The notes beneath the pieces were generated by a model. It did no database searches, was not told the DNA's origin, and saw only the letters and a list, made by a program, of their open reading frames with translations. A stretch of 64,000 nt of DNA from positions 26,040,001 through 26,104,000 of the forward strand of contig NW_027266275.1 of assembly GCF_022045235.1 (NCBI RefSeq), read 5' to 3'. The first letter of the stretch is position 1; every line of letters begins with the position of its first letter. Position numbers and translations under genes: made by a program. Of this stretch, positions 36,803-48,417 are shown one piece after another. This stretch comes from Haliotis cracherodii. Lineage: Eukaryota.

Positions 36803-38039
36803 GTAAATAATATATAAACTGGAGCTGAAAATAATATATAAACAAATCACGGCAATATTTCTTTCGTAATTAAATTGAAAACAACAAAGGATTGCAGTAG
36901 AACCTTTCTTTAATAAACGAGATCTTACGAATCATGTGCTTGTGTGATTTCGGGAAAACGTTGTAAAGGAAAGAGACATGAACGAATTAGGTTCAAATCG
37001 AAATAAGATGCCATGGTACCTCGCAGGAATTGCTACAAAGATATACTTAAGGTAAGGTCACAACACTAAAGGTATCAAAAGGGGGTTTCGAAGAATGGAG
37101 TTTTTTTCTGTAATGTACAAAACTATACGATCCATCTCCCATTGTTTACATCGCCCATAGTACAAAGTAGACAATTTACGAACAACAGCTTCTCTATTAT
37201 ACTGTAATGGCGACGTTTTGGTATAGATCCTGATACCGTGTCAAGTCAATGATCCATACCGAAACTTCACCGTAGTATACTAAAGAAGTTGTTTTTTGTC
37301 ATCCATCAATGTCTAAGAAATGCCTATCAAACAATTCAACCGTCCATAGTATTTATGAACTAATACATTTGTATTAAAATTCAATTAAAAACTTCAAAAA
37401 CATTCCGGGTGATTTTTAAAGATTTTGCACTCTCAAACCGGAAACGCTTCATGAACGAAGGGCGCTCCAACGCCATCCACAGAGGCATGACCTGGATTTC
37501 CAAACATTTTCCTAACTAATATATCGCAGCCTGGAAACACCGTTTCCCTTGCACATGCAACTTTGGGTCAACACGATATCCACACATCTGCATCAGGGTA
37601 TATCTTGGTGTTTGTAGCGCTGCTCAGCACCTGTGCCAATGTGCATCAGTCAGCTTACACTAGCGTATACAGGACTTGACACATCATTATGTTAACCCCC
37701 AAAACCAGTAACCACAATGCCCCGAGTGGTGTAAGGACGTCAACAAATATGTTCTCGGTTCTTGGTAAAGACAATAAACCCTTGTGGCCATACATTCCTC
37801 TGTTGTAGGAAGCACCTGTGTGTAGGTAACGAGCGTCCGGGGAGCAGGCTGTCATGTCCGACGTTATGTAAAGGATGGACTTGTTTGGTCGTGTTGACGC
37901 TTAGTGTTCTGATATAAAGTACTTGTAAATCACATACTGCAGTTAAAGTGATGTCTGTTACCTCGAGTCTGTTACATTGAGTACTCTGTGTGAAACCCAT
38001 GCCATGTGACTTCATCGTATATTTGTCGAGCCGTTAATC

Positions 38040-40262
38040 AGGTGGTTGAATGGTTGAATTGAGTGGTTGAATGGGGTCGGTGGGTTAGGTGGGTTGGATG
38101 ATTTGGATGGTGAATAGGTTGGGTAAGGTGAAGGAGTTAGGTTAGGTGAATGGGTTTGGTGAGGTAGGTGAGGTGAATTGGTTTGGTGGGTTTGGTTAGG
38201 TGAATGGGTTTGGTGAGTTTGGTGAGGTGAATGGGTTTGGTGAGTTAGTTGAGGTGAATGGGTTTGGTGAGTTTAGTGAGGTGAATGGGTTTGGTGAGTT
38301 AGGTGGGTTGGATGATTTGGATGGTGAATAGGTTGGGTAAGGTGAAGGAGTTAGGTTAGGTGAATGGGTTTGGTGAGTTTGGTGAGGTGAATGGGTTTAG
38401 TGAGTTAGTTGAGGTGAATGGGTTTGGTGAGTTAGGTGAGGTGAATGGGTTTAGTGAGTTAGTTGAGGTGAATGCGTTTGGTGAGTTAGGTGAGGTGAAT
38501 GGATTTCATGAGTTTGGTGAGGTGAATGGGTTTGTTGAGTTAGTTGAGGTGAATGGGTTTGGTGAGTTTAGTGAGGTGAATGGGTTTGGTGAGTTAGGTG
38601 AGGTGAATGGGTTTGGTGAGTTAGTTGAAGTGAATGGGTTTGGTGAGTTAGTTGAAGTGAATGGGTTTGGTGAGTTAGGAGAGGTGGATGGGTTTGGTGA
38701 GTTTAGTGAGGTGAATGGGTTTGGTGATATAGTTGAGGTGAATGGGTTTGGTGAGTTTAGTGAGGTGAATGGGTTTGATGAGTTTGGTGAGGTGAATGGG
38801 TTTGGTGAGTTAGTTGAGGTGAATGGGTTTGGTGAGCTTAGTGAGGTGAACGGGTTTGGTGAGTTTGGTGAGTTAGGTGAGTGAGGTGAATGGGTTTGGT
38901 GAGTTAGTTGAGGTGAATGCGTTTGGTGAGTTAGGTGAGGTGAATGGATTTCATGAGTTTGGTGAGGTGAATGGATTTCATGAGTTTGGTGAGGTGAATG
39001 GGTTGGTTGAGTTAGTTGAGGTGAATGGGTTTGGTGAGTTTAGTAAGGTGAATGGGTTTGGTGAGTTAGGTGAGTGAGGTGAATGGGTTTGGTGAGTTAG
39101 TTGAGGTGAATGGGTTTAGTGAGTTCAGTGAGGTGAATGGGTTTGGTGAGTTAGTTGAGGTGAATGGGTTTGATGAGTTCAGTGAGGTGAATGGGTTTGG
39201 TGAGTTAGTTGAGGTGAATGGGTTTGATGAGTCAGGTGAGGTGGATGGGTTTGGTGAGTTCAGTGAGGTGAATGGGTTTGGTGAGTTAGTTGAGATGAAT
39301 GGGTTTGATGAGTTCAGTGAGGTGAATGGGTTTGATGAGTTCAGTGAGGTGAATGGGTTTGGTGAGTTAGTTGAGGTGAATGGGTTTGATGAGTCAGGTG
39401 AGGTGGATGGGTTTGGTGAGTTCAGTGAGGTGAATGGGTTTGGTGAGTTAGTTGAGGTGAATGGGTTTGATGAGTCAGGTGAGGTGGATGGGTTTGGTGA
39501 GTTCAGTGAGGTGAATGGGTTTGGTGAGTTAGTTGAGGTGAATGGGTTTGGTGAGTTAGTTGAGGTGAATGGGTTTGGTGAGTTAGTTGAGGTGAATGGG
39601 TTTGTTGAGTTAGGTGAGGTGAATGGGTTTGGTGAGTTAGTTGAGGTGAATGGGTTTGTTGAGTTAGGTGAGGTGAATGGGTTTGGTGAGTTAGGTGAGG
39701 TGAATGGGTTTGGTGAGTTAGGTGAAGTGAATGGGTTGGATGAGTTTTGTGAGGTGAATGGGTTTGATGAGTTTGGTGAGGTGAATGGGTTTGGTGAGTT
39801 AGGTGAGTGGTTGGGTTTGGTGAGTGAGGTGAATGGGTTTGATGAGTTTGGTGAGGTGAATGGGTTTGACGAGTTTGGTGAGGTGGATGGGTTTGGTGAA
39901 TTAGGTGAGTGAATGGGTTTGGTAATTAGGTGTGGTGGTGTTGGGTGAGGTGGATGGGTTTGGTGAGTTTGGTGAGGTGGATGTATTTGGTAAGTTTGGT
40001 GAGTGGATGGTTTTGATGAGTTTGGTGAGTGGATGGGTTTGGTGAGTGGATGGGTTTGGCGAGTTTGGTGAGTGGATGGGTTTGGCGAATTTGGTGAGGA
40101 GGATGGGTTTGGTGAGTGGATGGTTTTGATGAGTTTGGTGAGGAGGGTGGGTTTGGTGAGTGAATTGTGGTGGCGATAAGCGAGGTGGATAGGTTTGGTG
40201 AGGTAGGTGAGGTGAACGAGTTGGTTGAAGTGAATGGGTTTGGTGAATGAGTTGGGAGGGTG
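38040..40262. repeat. G/T-rich satellite, 27-bp unit built from 9-bp subunits
   Basis: GGTGAGGTG-AATGGGTTT-GGTGAGTT(A/T) repeated. Confidence 0.95.
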
Positions 40263-41219
40263 GGTTCGTTTTAGGTGACAAGACGAGGTTCGGTTGTGAC
40301 TGACGGCTCGCGTCTTTCCAATGACAGCAAAGGTCGTGCTTGGCGTCTCATGGCATTACAAAAAGTCTCCTCAAACAGATAACTTGTGCATTAAGCAGTC
40401 ACGTAACCCCGGAACTCAACCCGCCCCGCCCGTCTCATTAATCAGTGGGAGACGGAAACACATGTACGACAGATACACTAGTTATGACATCGATTGGTCC
40501 ACCATTCCGTCATGTCCCGAACCCATCTTACCCCATCCCCAATTCATTCGTTCTTGGAAAATCGACTGATTAAGGATGGATATGTTCCCTTTGTTGTTTT
40601 GTTCATTCTCAGAATGTGTCAGTTTATATTAAATATCAATTGGTATAAAACGTACATTTGCACTTGAATTGACTTAGACACTATTCGTATAATGCGAGAT
40701 ACTCTATCACCAAGTCTCAACTACGTCCTGACGGGTGAAATGTCGTCATAGCTGACTAGGAACGCCGAGTCATAAAATTGTATTTGAAAATCTGAAATTT
40801 CATGTCATAAAATCTTCGCATATTTTATCCCCATTCGTCCGTCTTCTTCACCTTGACGGGCAACACCTGCCATCCTGCCGTCAGCACATCAGGTGGGCGG
40901 ACATTGCCTGTGACGTCATCAGGAAGTACTTGGCTATTTCGCACTTTCCTTATTGTCAGAATTCAGACTAAACTTATTTCCAACTTTTATCATTGCTGTC
41001 CTTTCATCAAAATCTGTCAGTCATATATGCAAACAAGGTGCTCTGTTTAGTTTAAGTTTGAGTAGAAGCAATTTAAAAATGGCAAATGTCATTTTTTACA
41101 TTAAAATTCACATTAATTATGTAAAAAGTAGGGTGGTATTGCGCATACATATCCAGGGAGAGTTTATAGGTTGTTGTGCGCCATGCAATATATTATATTT
41201 GAGGTATGATAATATGTGA

Positions 41220-41665
41220 CCCTACCATCTCCTCGCAACCCAGAACAATGGGGCTGCTAAACGAATTACAAAGTCTGCATGGTTCCACCAATAACTATTC
41301 ATTCACCGGTCTTATCAATTATAACACGATCGTTTGCCAATTGCCCATTGCCTATCACTTATCTATGATAACTTAAGTACTGGCTTCCATACCATCAGCG
41401 CTAATTACTGTAAAGTGTTGGCTTCTATTGTCTATTTCTAATCTCCTATCAGCGCCAATCATCTGTTTGCTTCCCTTGTTAGTTTCTACCCTTTGTTATT
41501 TTCCACCTTACCTGTACATATATATGCTCTCTGCTTCATGACATTCATTCACCTGATGAAGGAGTATGCATATACTCCGAAACGTTGTGTTCCTCAAAAC
41601 AAAGAAGTTGACATCCATAAATTCTCTTCCTTATGTGTATTACTTCTAAATGCCTTTCAAAGGCC
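41220..41665 (+). mobile_element. Probable Penelope-like pseudo-LTR/UTR fragment carrying the hammerhead
   Basis: A pyrimidine-rich non-coding segment ends just after the ribozyme. Boundaries are approximate. Confidence 0.45.
41550..41589 (+). ncRNA. Minimal type I hammerhead ribozyme (Penelope-associated type)
   Basis: CAC-CTGATGA-A-GGAGTAT(GCAT)ATACTCC-GAAA-CGTT-GTG: intact core, 7-bp helix II, 3-bp helix I, palindromic AACGTT in place of helix III. Confidence 0.85.
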
Positions 41666-41779
41666 CCAACCATTATATTTTTCTGAAACTTTAAAAAAGA
41701 TAAACAAGGAAGCAATATTCACCAGGACAGGTCGTAAGCATTAAAACGCAACGGAAACAACAACGAATTAGGTTTGGGT

Positions 41780-42112
41780 GTGTTCAGTAAAGCTTTCAAA
41801 ATGTTTTATGGTAGACATGTAGAGGACATGTAAAAAAGTGACTCATCAGTGACAAAAATCATATTCGGTGCAATTCCCTATTTTGACTTGAACCATATAT
41901 TCCCGTGTATTTTTTCAGGTGCATAATTGACTAGCCTTTCCATGTGTTTGTGGCTGGTGCCACCGGTGGGGCAGGATACGCTCACCGTTTCGCGAACACC
42001 TGGTATCATCACTATTTCATAGTGATTCATAACACATGCTCATGATATAGTTGGACTCGTACAACTGACTCTGCTTTGTGCAGAGGATATGGAAAGGGTT
42101 TTGTCGCTTTAA
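41780..42112 (+). mobile_element. 3' end of a Penelope-like (Naiad-type; often labelled CR1-Zenon) retroelement
   Basis: Translates as KAFKMFYGRH..SDSSVTKII, followed by the GGTGCCACCGGTGGGGCAGG...AACACCTGG 3'UTR motif. Homologous to 46510-46950. Confidence 0.65.
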
Positions 42113-42496
42113 TTACAAAATATGACCGGATGAATGAGTGCTGCCCAGTCAATAGTATGACAGCTGAAGGTTAAACTCCTGTAATAATCGAGTATTGACA
42201 AGTGGTTGATAGCATGAACACCACTCACGCTTTCGATTAGACAGGTGTCCGCCCGTTCCTTGTTCTGGTCCCACGGGGACATTTGTACTCCAGGATCGAT
42301 TGAATGTACTTGTCAGTGTATGTGTCATTTTTGTTAGTTCAAGGTTTCACTCAGGAGATGAAACCCCTCGTCAACACTCGCCCCTATCACCTACAAGAAA
42401 ATCTTTAGCTTGTCCAGGGATGACACGATTTGTCCCGAACGCTGAACCAACGTGTAACCCCCCACCCCCCACCCACCCCTCTCCCCTCCGCCCATT

Positions 42497-43432
42497 TGCT
42501 GTTGTGGTTGCAGGTACCCTGAGATACAAAATAAGTGCTTTAATGCAGGTGACACGGCTGTTGTGGTTGAAGGTACCCTTAGATACAAAATAAGTGCTTT
42601 AATGCAGGTGACACTGCTGTTGAGGTTGCAGGTACCCTTAGATACAAAATAAATGCCTTAATGCAGTTGACATTGCTGTTGTGGTTGCAGGTACCCTTAG
42701 ATACAAAATAAGTGCTTTAATACAGGTGACACTGCTGTTGAGGTTGCAGGTACCCTTAGATACAAAATAAGTGCTTTAATGCAGGTGACACTGCTGTTGA
42801 GGTTGCAGGTACCCTTAGATACAAAATAAGTGCTTTAATACAGGTGACACTGTCGTGGTTGAAGGTAACCTCTGATACAAAATAAATGCCTTAATGCAGG
42901 TGACACTGTCGTTGTGGTTGAAGGTTACCTCAGATACAAAATAAATGCCTTAATGCAGGTGACACTGATGTTGAGATTGAAGGTACCCTTAGATACAAAA
43001 TAAGTGCTTTAATGCAGGTGACACTGCTGTTGAGGTTGCAGGTACCCTTAGATACAAAATAAGTGCTTTAATACAGGTGACACTGTCGTGGTTGAAGGTT
43101 ACCTCAGATACAAAATTAAGGCCTTAATGCAGGTGACACTGCTGTTTTTAGGTTGAAGGTACCCTTAGATACAAAATAAGTGCTTTAATACAGGAGACAC
43201 TGCTGTTGTGGTTGCAGGTACCCTTAGATACAAAATAAATGCCTTAATGTAGGGGACACTGCTGTTGTGGTCGCCGGTACCCTTTAATATAAGTGCCTTA
43301 ATGCAGGTGACACTGCTGTTGTGGTTGGACGTACCATTAGATGCAAAATAAATGCCTTAATGTAGGTGACACTGATGTTGTGGTCGCAGGTACGTCGGAT
43401 ACCGAATAAGCCCCCCTAAATGCAGGTGACAC
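42497..43432. repeat. Minisatellite, 59-bp unit
   Basis: GATACAAAA at 42523, 42582, 42641 and onward. Confidence 0.95.
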
Positions 43433-45154
43433 TTGCTGCAAACTAACTCCAGTGTATTTCAACCACACCCAGATAGTACATGCAGATAGATGGTTCCTGT
43501 GTAACAACGGAATTGGCGGTTAGTGGTTTCGAGGGAATCCGAATGGTGTTACTCCGAGCTGCGTTAACAGGTCCAAGCACCAAAGGTTCGTGAGAGACAC
43601 GCGGAATGTGGCGTGATGTATGTGTTACTCCAGGCAAGTGGAACCAGGTGTGCAGTGTTGTGGCTTCATGAGTGGTCGAGTAGTGTGGAGGCAATTACCC
43701 ACACATCGATAAAACACGAGGGGCTTCATTAGGGTACAAATGAGTTACTGTTAACTGAAACACTATCGATAATTAGACTTATTTCAAGGTTTATTCAGTA
43801 AGGTACATTGGGTATTAACGCCGCTTTTCGGTTAAATGACGGCATGTCCTTTGGATGAAAACCCCCGAAAGGGATTCGAACCGGCAAGGGTGCAGGTGAA
43901 GCGACTCCTCGACGCCCTGTGACCAAAAGGCCATCGTGACCCGTATCCAGTTAAAGTGTACGTAATATTCGTTACGTGCTATGAATCTCTGAATTGTAAG
44001 TAAAAAAATTGTATCAAAGAAAAAACCCATCCATTTCAGCAGATCCCGATTTTTTAACTCTACATCATTTAGTATACCCTTATTCAGTTGTAGCAGAGTT
44101 GCGTCCCTTGGGCACGCCAGCAACCTATCATGGTGGGTTCGAATCCCGGTTTCTAGGTTTGTACTCGTGGGTTCTGCCAAAGTGGTAAATGCCTGAGACC
44201 TGATCACTTCGTGCTTTCCTCCCAGTTTAAGGTGACACGCCCCAACTCACTCACTCACCTATTCAGTTGTTAATGACCATTCATGAACGTATATTACCCT
44301 GTGAGATTCCTGTTTGTGTATCATGGTGTTATGCTTGTACAGTTGGTATGGTGTACAACGCGCATGTCACGTGGTATTGTGTACAACGCACGTGTCACAA
44401 ATCAGGTGACCTTGAACAATGTTCGCTGCGTTGCTGAATGGGCGACCATGTTCGACTCTCGATAGTTCCTAGGGCTTCGGTCCCACTCCACACTAAGTTT
44501 AAGCACATATAGCACATACGGTGTCTCCTTAGGCAGGTGAGTTTGTTCAAAGCAGTGAGTGGGTACCCGGTAGGATGAAATAGTAAAGTGCTGTATGTTC
44601 TATAGGAAGCTAAGAATGAAAATCGACCGCACACTGATCCATTGACCGGGTGATAATAGAGTGTTGCATCATTTCAAAGAGAGCTTCAACTGAAAGGACT
44701 GCCTTTAATGTTGGGGCTTGAGACTGGTGAATCTGCGGCATGTTTGGTTTCCAAATAGACTGGTGGAGAACCCCTTTAAGTGCTATGGTCGGCATGCATG
44801 TACTGATGCGCGGAATTCCTGGTGTTTCAGATAACATACTTCACAGTGTGGTCAGCCATTAATAGAGTCATAACCTCTTCAGATAGTGCCACGTGATAGG
44901 GGTGGAAGGAGAGGGCCTCTCTACTAAATCATACAGACCATGAAACAAACAAATATATAAAAAAACAGGTCTGTAATAGTTTGTCAGGTCTCTATTTCCT
45001 CAGTTTCAGACCGGGTTCCCTCATGTTGTGAAGGGTTTAGCAACGGTTCGTTAAAAAGTATCTTCAAACTGTTTTATTTAAATGATGGTGGAAAGGTTTA
45101 TCTTGGCACCACATCACTGCTGCTGACATCGTCATCAGGCGAGTAGGAGGGGGG

Positions 45155-45155
<1 letters not shown>

Positions 45156-45219
<64 letters not shown>
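45156..45219. repeat. (TG)n microsatellite
   Basis: Pure dinucleotide run of about 32 units. Confidence 0.98.
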
Positions 45220-45220
<1 letters not shown>

Positions 45221-45238
45221 ACAATCTCCTGCCCCGTC

Positions 45239-45396
45239 GGGGGCGGTCGGGTAGTGGTTAAAGCGTTCGTTCGTCATGCCGAAGACCCGGGTTCGAATAC
45301 CAACATGGGTACAATATGTGAAGCCCATGTCTGGTGTCACCCGCCGTGATATTGCTGGAATATTGCTTAAAGCGGCTTAAAACCATACTCACTCAC
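45239..45396 (+). mobile_element. tRNA-Asp-headed SINE
   Basis: Family match with B box GGTTCGAATAC and an (ACTC)n tail. Confidence 0.85.
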
Positions 45397-46414
45397 ACTT
45401 GCTGCTTTGAGACATTTTCGCACTGTTTTCCACTTTGCATAAAGCTGAAGTGTGTTCATGAGACTATTGAAAACATCTTTTTGAAAATAAAAAATACCAT
45501 TAAATTATATCTATACAACCCTTGTAAAATTATAATATTAAATAAATACATGTTTTTGCGGGCATAATGAAATTGGATGTGAAAAGTGCAATTCTTGATG
45601 CCTGCAATGTCAGTTCATTAGAACGCTTTATTTGGCCAATCTTGATTTTACAACACGAAGTCATCAGTTTCAAAGATGCTAAAGTAAAACTAATGTATTA
45701 TGCGTCTCGGTATTTTAAGTCTCCAATTTCAAGAAGATGTATGAAAATAATAAACACTGGATATCAGTAAGCGCCAGTGCTGATGGAAAGATCGCTCTTA
45801 AAACATATCACGAAAAATACAACTGAGACATGCCTTTTACTTGGCAAGATAATATCTCGTAATCCATGTAGCAGGCCGCTGGTTCATAGACACACTTTGC
45901 TATCTGACAAAACACTGAGGGATATACATAAAACCATGGAAACCTCCAGTGCCTTGACTTGACTGGTTATTATAAATCTAAAAACTCGTTACATATTTAT
46001 ATATCGGGTCGTGACATAGTGAAATTCAGTTTTAATTTGGTAGATATTACCAAGGAAGTGTTTGTTTACTGATGTTTGTTTTTGTCCAATATGTGCTGTA
46101 ATCATGCAACGCGAGACTGATGTATCCTACACGACATGTAGTGGGCGGTTTAAAATATCATGTGTTCGTACCCTCCCACAAACCGCTACACAAACACTGG
46201 GTAGTGTAGAGTCTTTTTAGTGGTATACATGTCTTCAAACTTAAAACAGATGGTGTTTGTTTTGAAAGGATTAGATAAAATGTGAAAGTTGTCCTTTTAA
46301 TTGAGTTTTCCACGCCCTTTTAGCTTCATTGCGATGTCCACTTAGAAAACAGGTAATTCTTCCCCTGATCGTGTGACAGTCAACAAGTAGGGATTAGAAG
46401 AGTTTTGAACTTTA

Positions 46415-46955
46415 ACAGATGCAGAATGCTCTTTCTGAGAAGATTTCATAGAGCGTCATGCGACTCCTGCTGAAAAGTTGTTTGATTAGGGTTAACACCT
46501 TGAAGGCCTCAGTGAACCTTTCAAAATGGTTTATGGTAGATATTTTGAGGTCATTTCAAAATATGACGCATCAGTGACAAAAATGAAGTCCGATGCAAAT
46601 CCCTATTTTGACTTATTTACCGTGTGTTTTTATTTGATCGATTGACTTTTCATTGCATGTGTTTATGACCGCTCACCTTTTCACTCCTGGTATCATCAGT
46701 ATTTGATAGCGTTATTCATAAACCCATACTTATGATACAGTCGGAATTGTGCAATAAACTTTTAGTGAGTGAGTGAGTATGGGTTTATGCCGCTTTTAGA
46801 AATTTTCCAGCAATATCACACATTGTACCCATGTCGGGAATCAAACCCGGGTCTTCGGCGTGACGAGCGAACGCTTTAACCACTCGGCTACCCGACCGCC
46901 CCAATAGACTTTTAGCAGAGATTTCTTATGATTATGGAAATGTTTTTTTCGCTTT
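46415..46955 (+). mobile_element. 3' end of a Naiad-type retroelement
   Basis: CSF*EDFIERH..AEKLFD*G...FKMVYGRYFEVISKYDASVTKM resembles this group's RT C-terminus. Confidence 0.65.
46766..46901 (-). mobile_element. tRNA-Asp-headed SINE nested in a Naiad-like 3' end
   Basis: 14-bp TSD CAATA(A/G)ACTTTTAG at 46752-65 and 46902-15. Confidence 0.9.
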
Positions 46956-47709
46956 TCTTTAGTGAGGAAAACTTGAGGCCGATGTGTCACGCCCTAAACG
47001 AGCATTTGAGGAATACTCGTCTTCAGTCAGCTTTGTGTTGAACAATGCAATGAATAATATAGCACAAAAAACCGTCGTATTAAAATAATTGTCATTAATG
47101 ATCGCTTCTAAACAAAACATACTTGAGGTTGTTACATGATCGGGAATTCAAGGTAAATATTCGTCATTCACCAATTTTTAATTACATTTGTACTACTGAA
47201 GCATATTTATATCAATAAGGCGCGCACTTAAGTCCAGCCTAAAGATTCTTGAAGAACCACCTCCGCCGGGATTTGGACCGATGAAATGGATGATTAACAG
47301 TACGATTATTAATGCGGTACTACATTACTGCCTCACTCCCAAGACTGCTCTCCTGGGTTTGACAGAAATACAAATAACCTCTTGAGACACTGACGTTGTT
47401 TGTCAATCTGATACATATAATATATACGTGATCGAACTGGCGTTTCATTTTATTTCATGATATTGCTTTATGTCCAGTGTTGATTTATACTTGAAAAGAA
47501 CATACGGACATCACTTTTAGTACCTGGATGTCAGCACGCATTACACGTAGGTGGTCGGTAGCCGGTTTGTCACTCAGTGTCTATTCACGCTAAAATATCT
47601 AGATGGACAGGTGAGTCCAGGTGAGTATTGACCATGCAACAAGACACCGACACTGACCATCTGACACGAGACATGCAGACATGGCATAGCTAGTAGTCGC
47701 TGGAAGAAA

Positions 47710-47775
47710 ATATTTACCCAAACCGGCCTGCGACAGGGATATGTTTTACAACCGCTGCTGTTCTACCTTACATGC
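47710..47775 (+). mobile_element. LINE reverse-transcriptase motif relic
   Basis: TQTGLRQGYVLQPLLFYLYM matches the GxRQGxxLSPLLF motif. A thumb-like patch (LERFIWPIL..HEVISF) lies at about 45610-45680. Confidence 0.5.
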
Positions 47776-48193
47776 TCAGATGACTGTGTCCCATTTCACG
47801 GGCATTTATTTACCATCACAATAAATTGTTGGCATCCTGGTCAGGTAGATAAGGCCCTGGTGCGCTAGGGAACGACGTCTGTGTGGAACAACGCGGCGTT
47901 GTGTGTTCGGACAATCAAATAAGGCAGTGTATGTATCAATTTAAGTTTGTATCCAAGATAACCTTCCAGAAAAAAATCTTAAATTGCATTGAATGAAAAG
48001 TCAATACTTCGACTTCCGGGAAAAACAAAATTACAGTTTATTCATGACCACTTTCAGTGGTACTTCGAAGTTGGCTATGTAATTAATGACAAGACTGTAT
48101 GAACGATCAATTAGTATTGCAATTGGTGTAGATTCTAAAATACAGTTTATCGTAGTGTTTATTTGTTTGTTGTTTAAGGCGTCACTCAGCAAT

Positions 48194-48417
48194 GGGGACA
48201 CGGGTGGCCTAGTCGTCTAAGGCGCCACAATTCGCTGTGCTGAGTTGCGTCCCTTGGGCACGCCAGAAACCTATGTTTTTGGGTTCGAATCCCCGTTCGC
48301 CCCGATTATGGTTTCGCCAAAGGGGTAAATGTCTGAGACTTGCATCACTTCGGGCTGGAACTGGAATACTGTTCAAGAGGCGTTTAACCTCACTCACTCA
48401 CTCACTCACTCACTCAC
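48194..48417 (+). mobile_element. tRNA-Leu-like SINE with widely spaced A/B boxes
   Basis: TGGCCTAGTCGTCTAAGGCGCCA (tRNA-Leu-like D arm), B box GGTTCGAATCC at 48282, shared tail and (ACTC)n. Confidence 0.8.

Larger units (their letters stand above)
35540..42390 (-). pseudogene. Probable TNF-receptor/death-receptor pseudogene (5 decayed exons)
   Basis: Collinear pieces, most with AG/GT edges: 42390-42229 (CRD-like), 40948-~40790 (CRD-like), 37908-37659 (stalk+TM), 37530-~37439 (juxtamembrane) and 35874-35540 (death-domain-like). Each contains stops or frameshifts. Confidence 0.5.

Noticed and set aside
38360-39912. 174-aa and 280-aa acidic Gly-rich ORFs resembling shell-matrix proteins
   Set aside because: They are readings of a 27-bp satellite, start at GTG, have no signal peptide or splice signals, and shift frame at indels.
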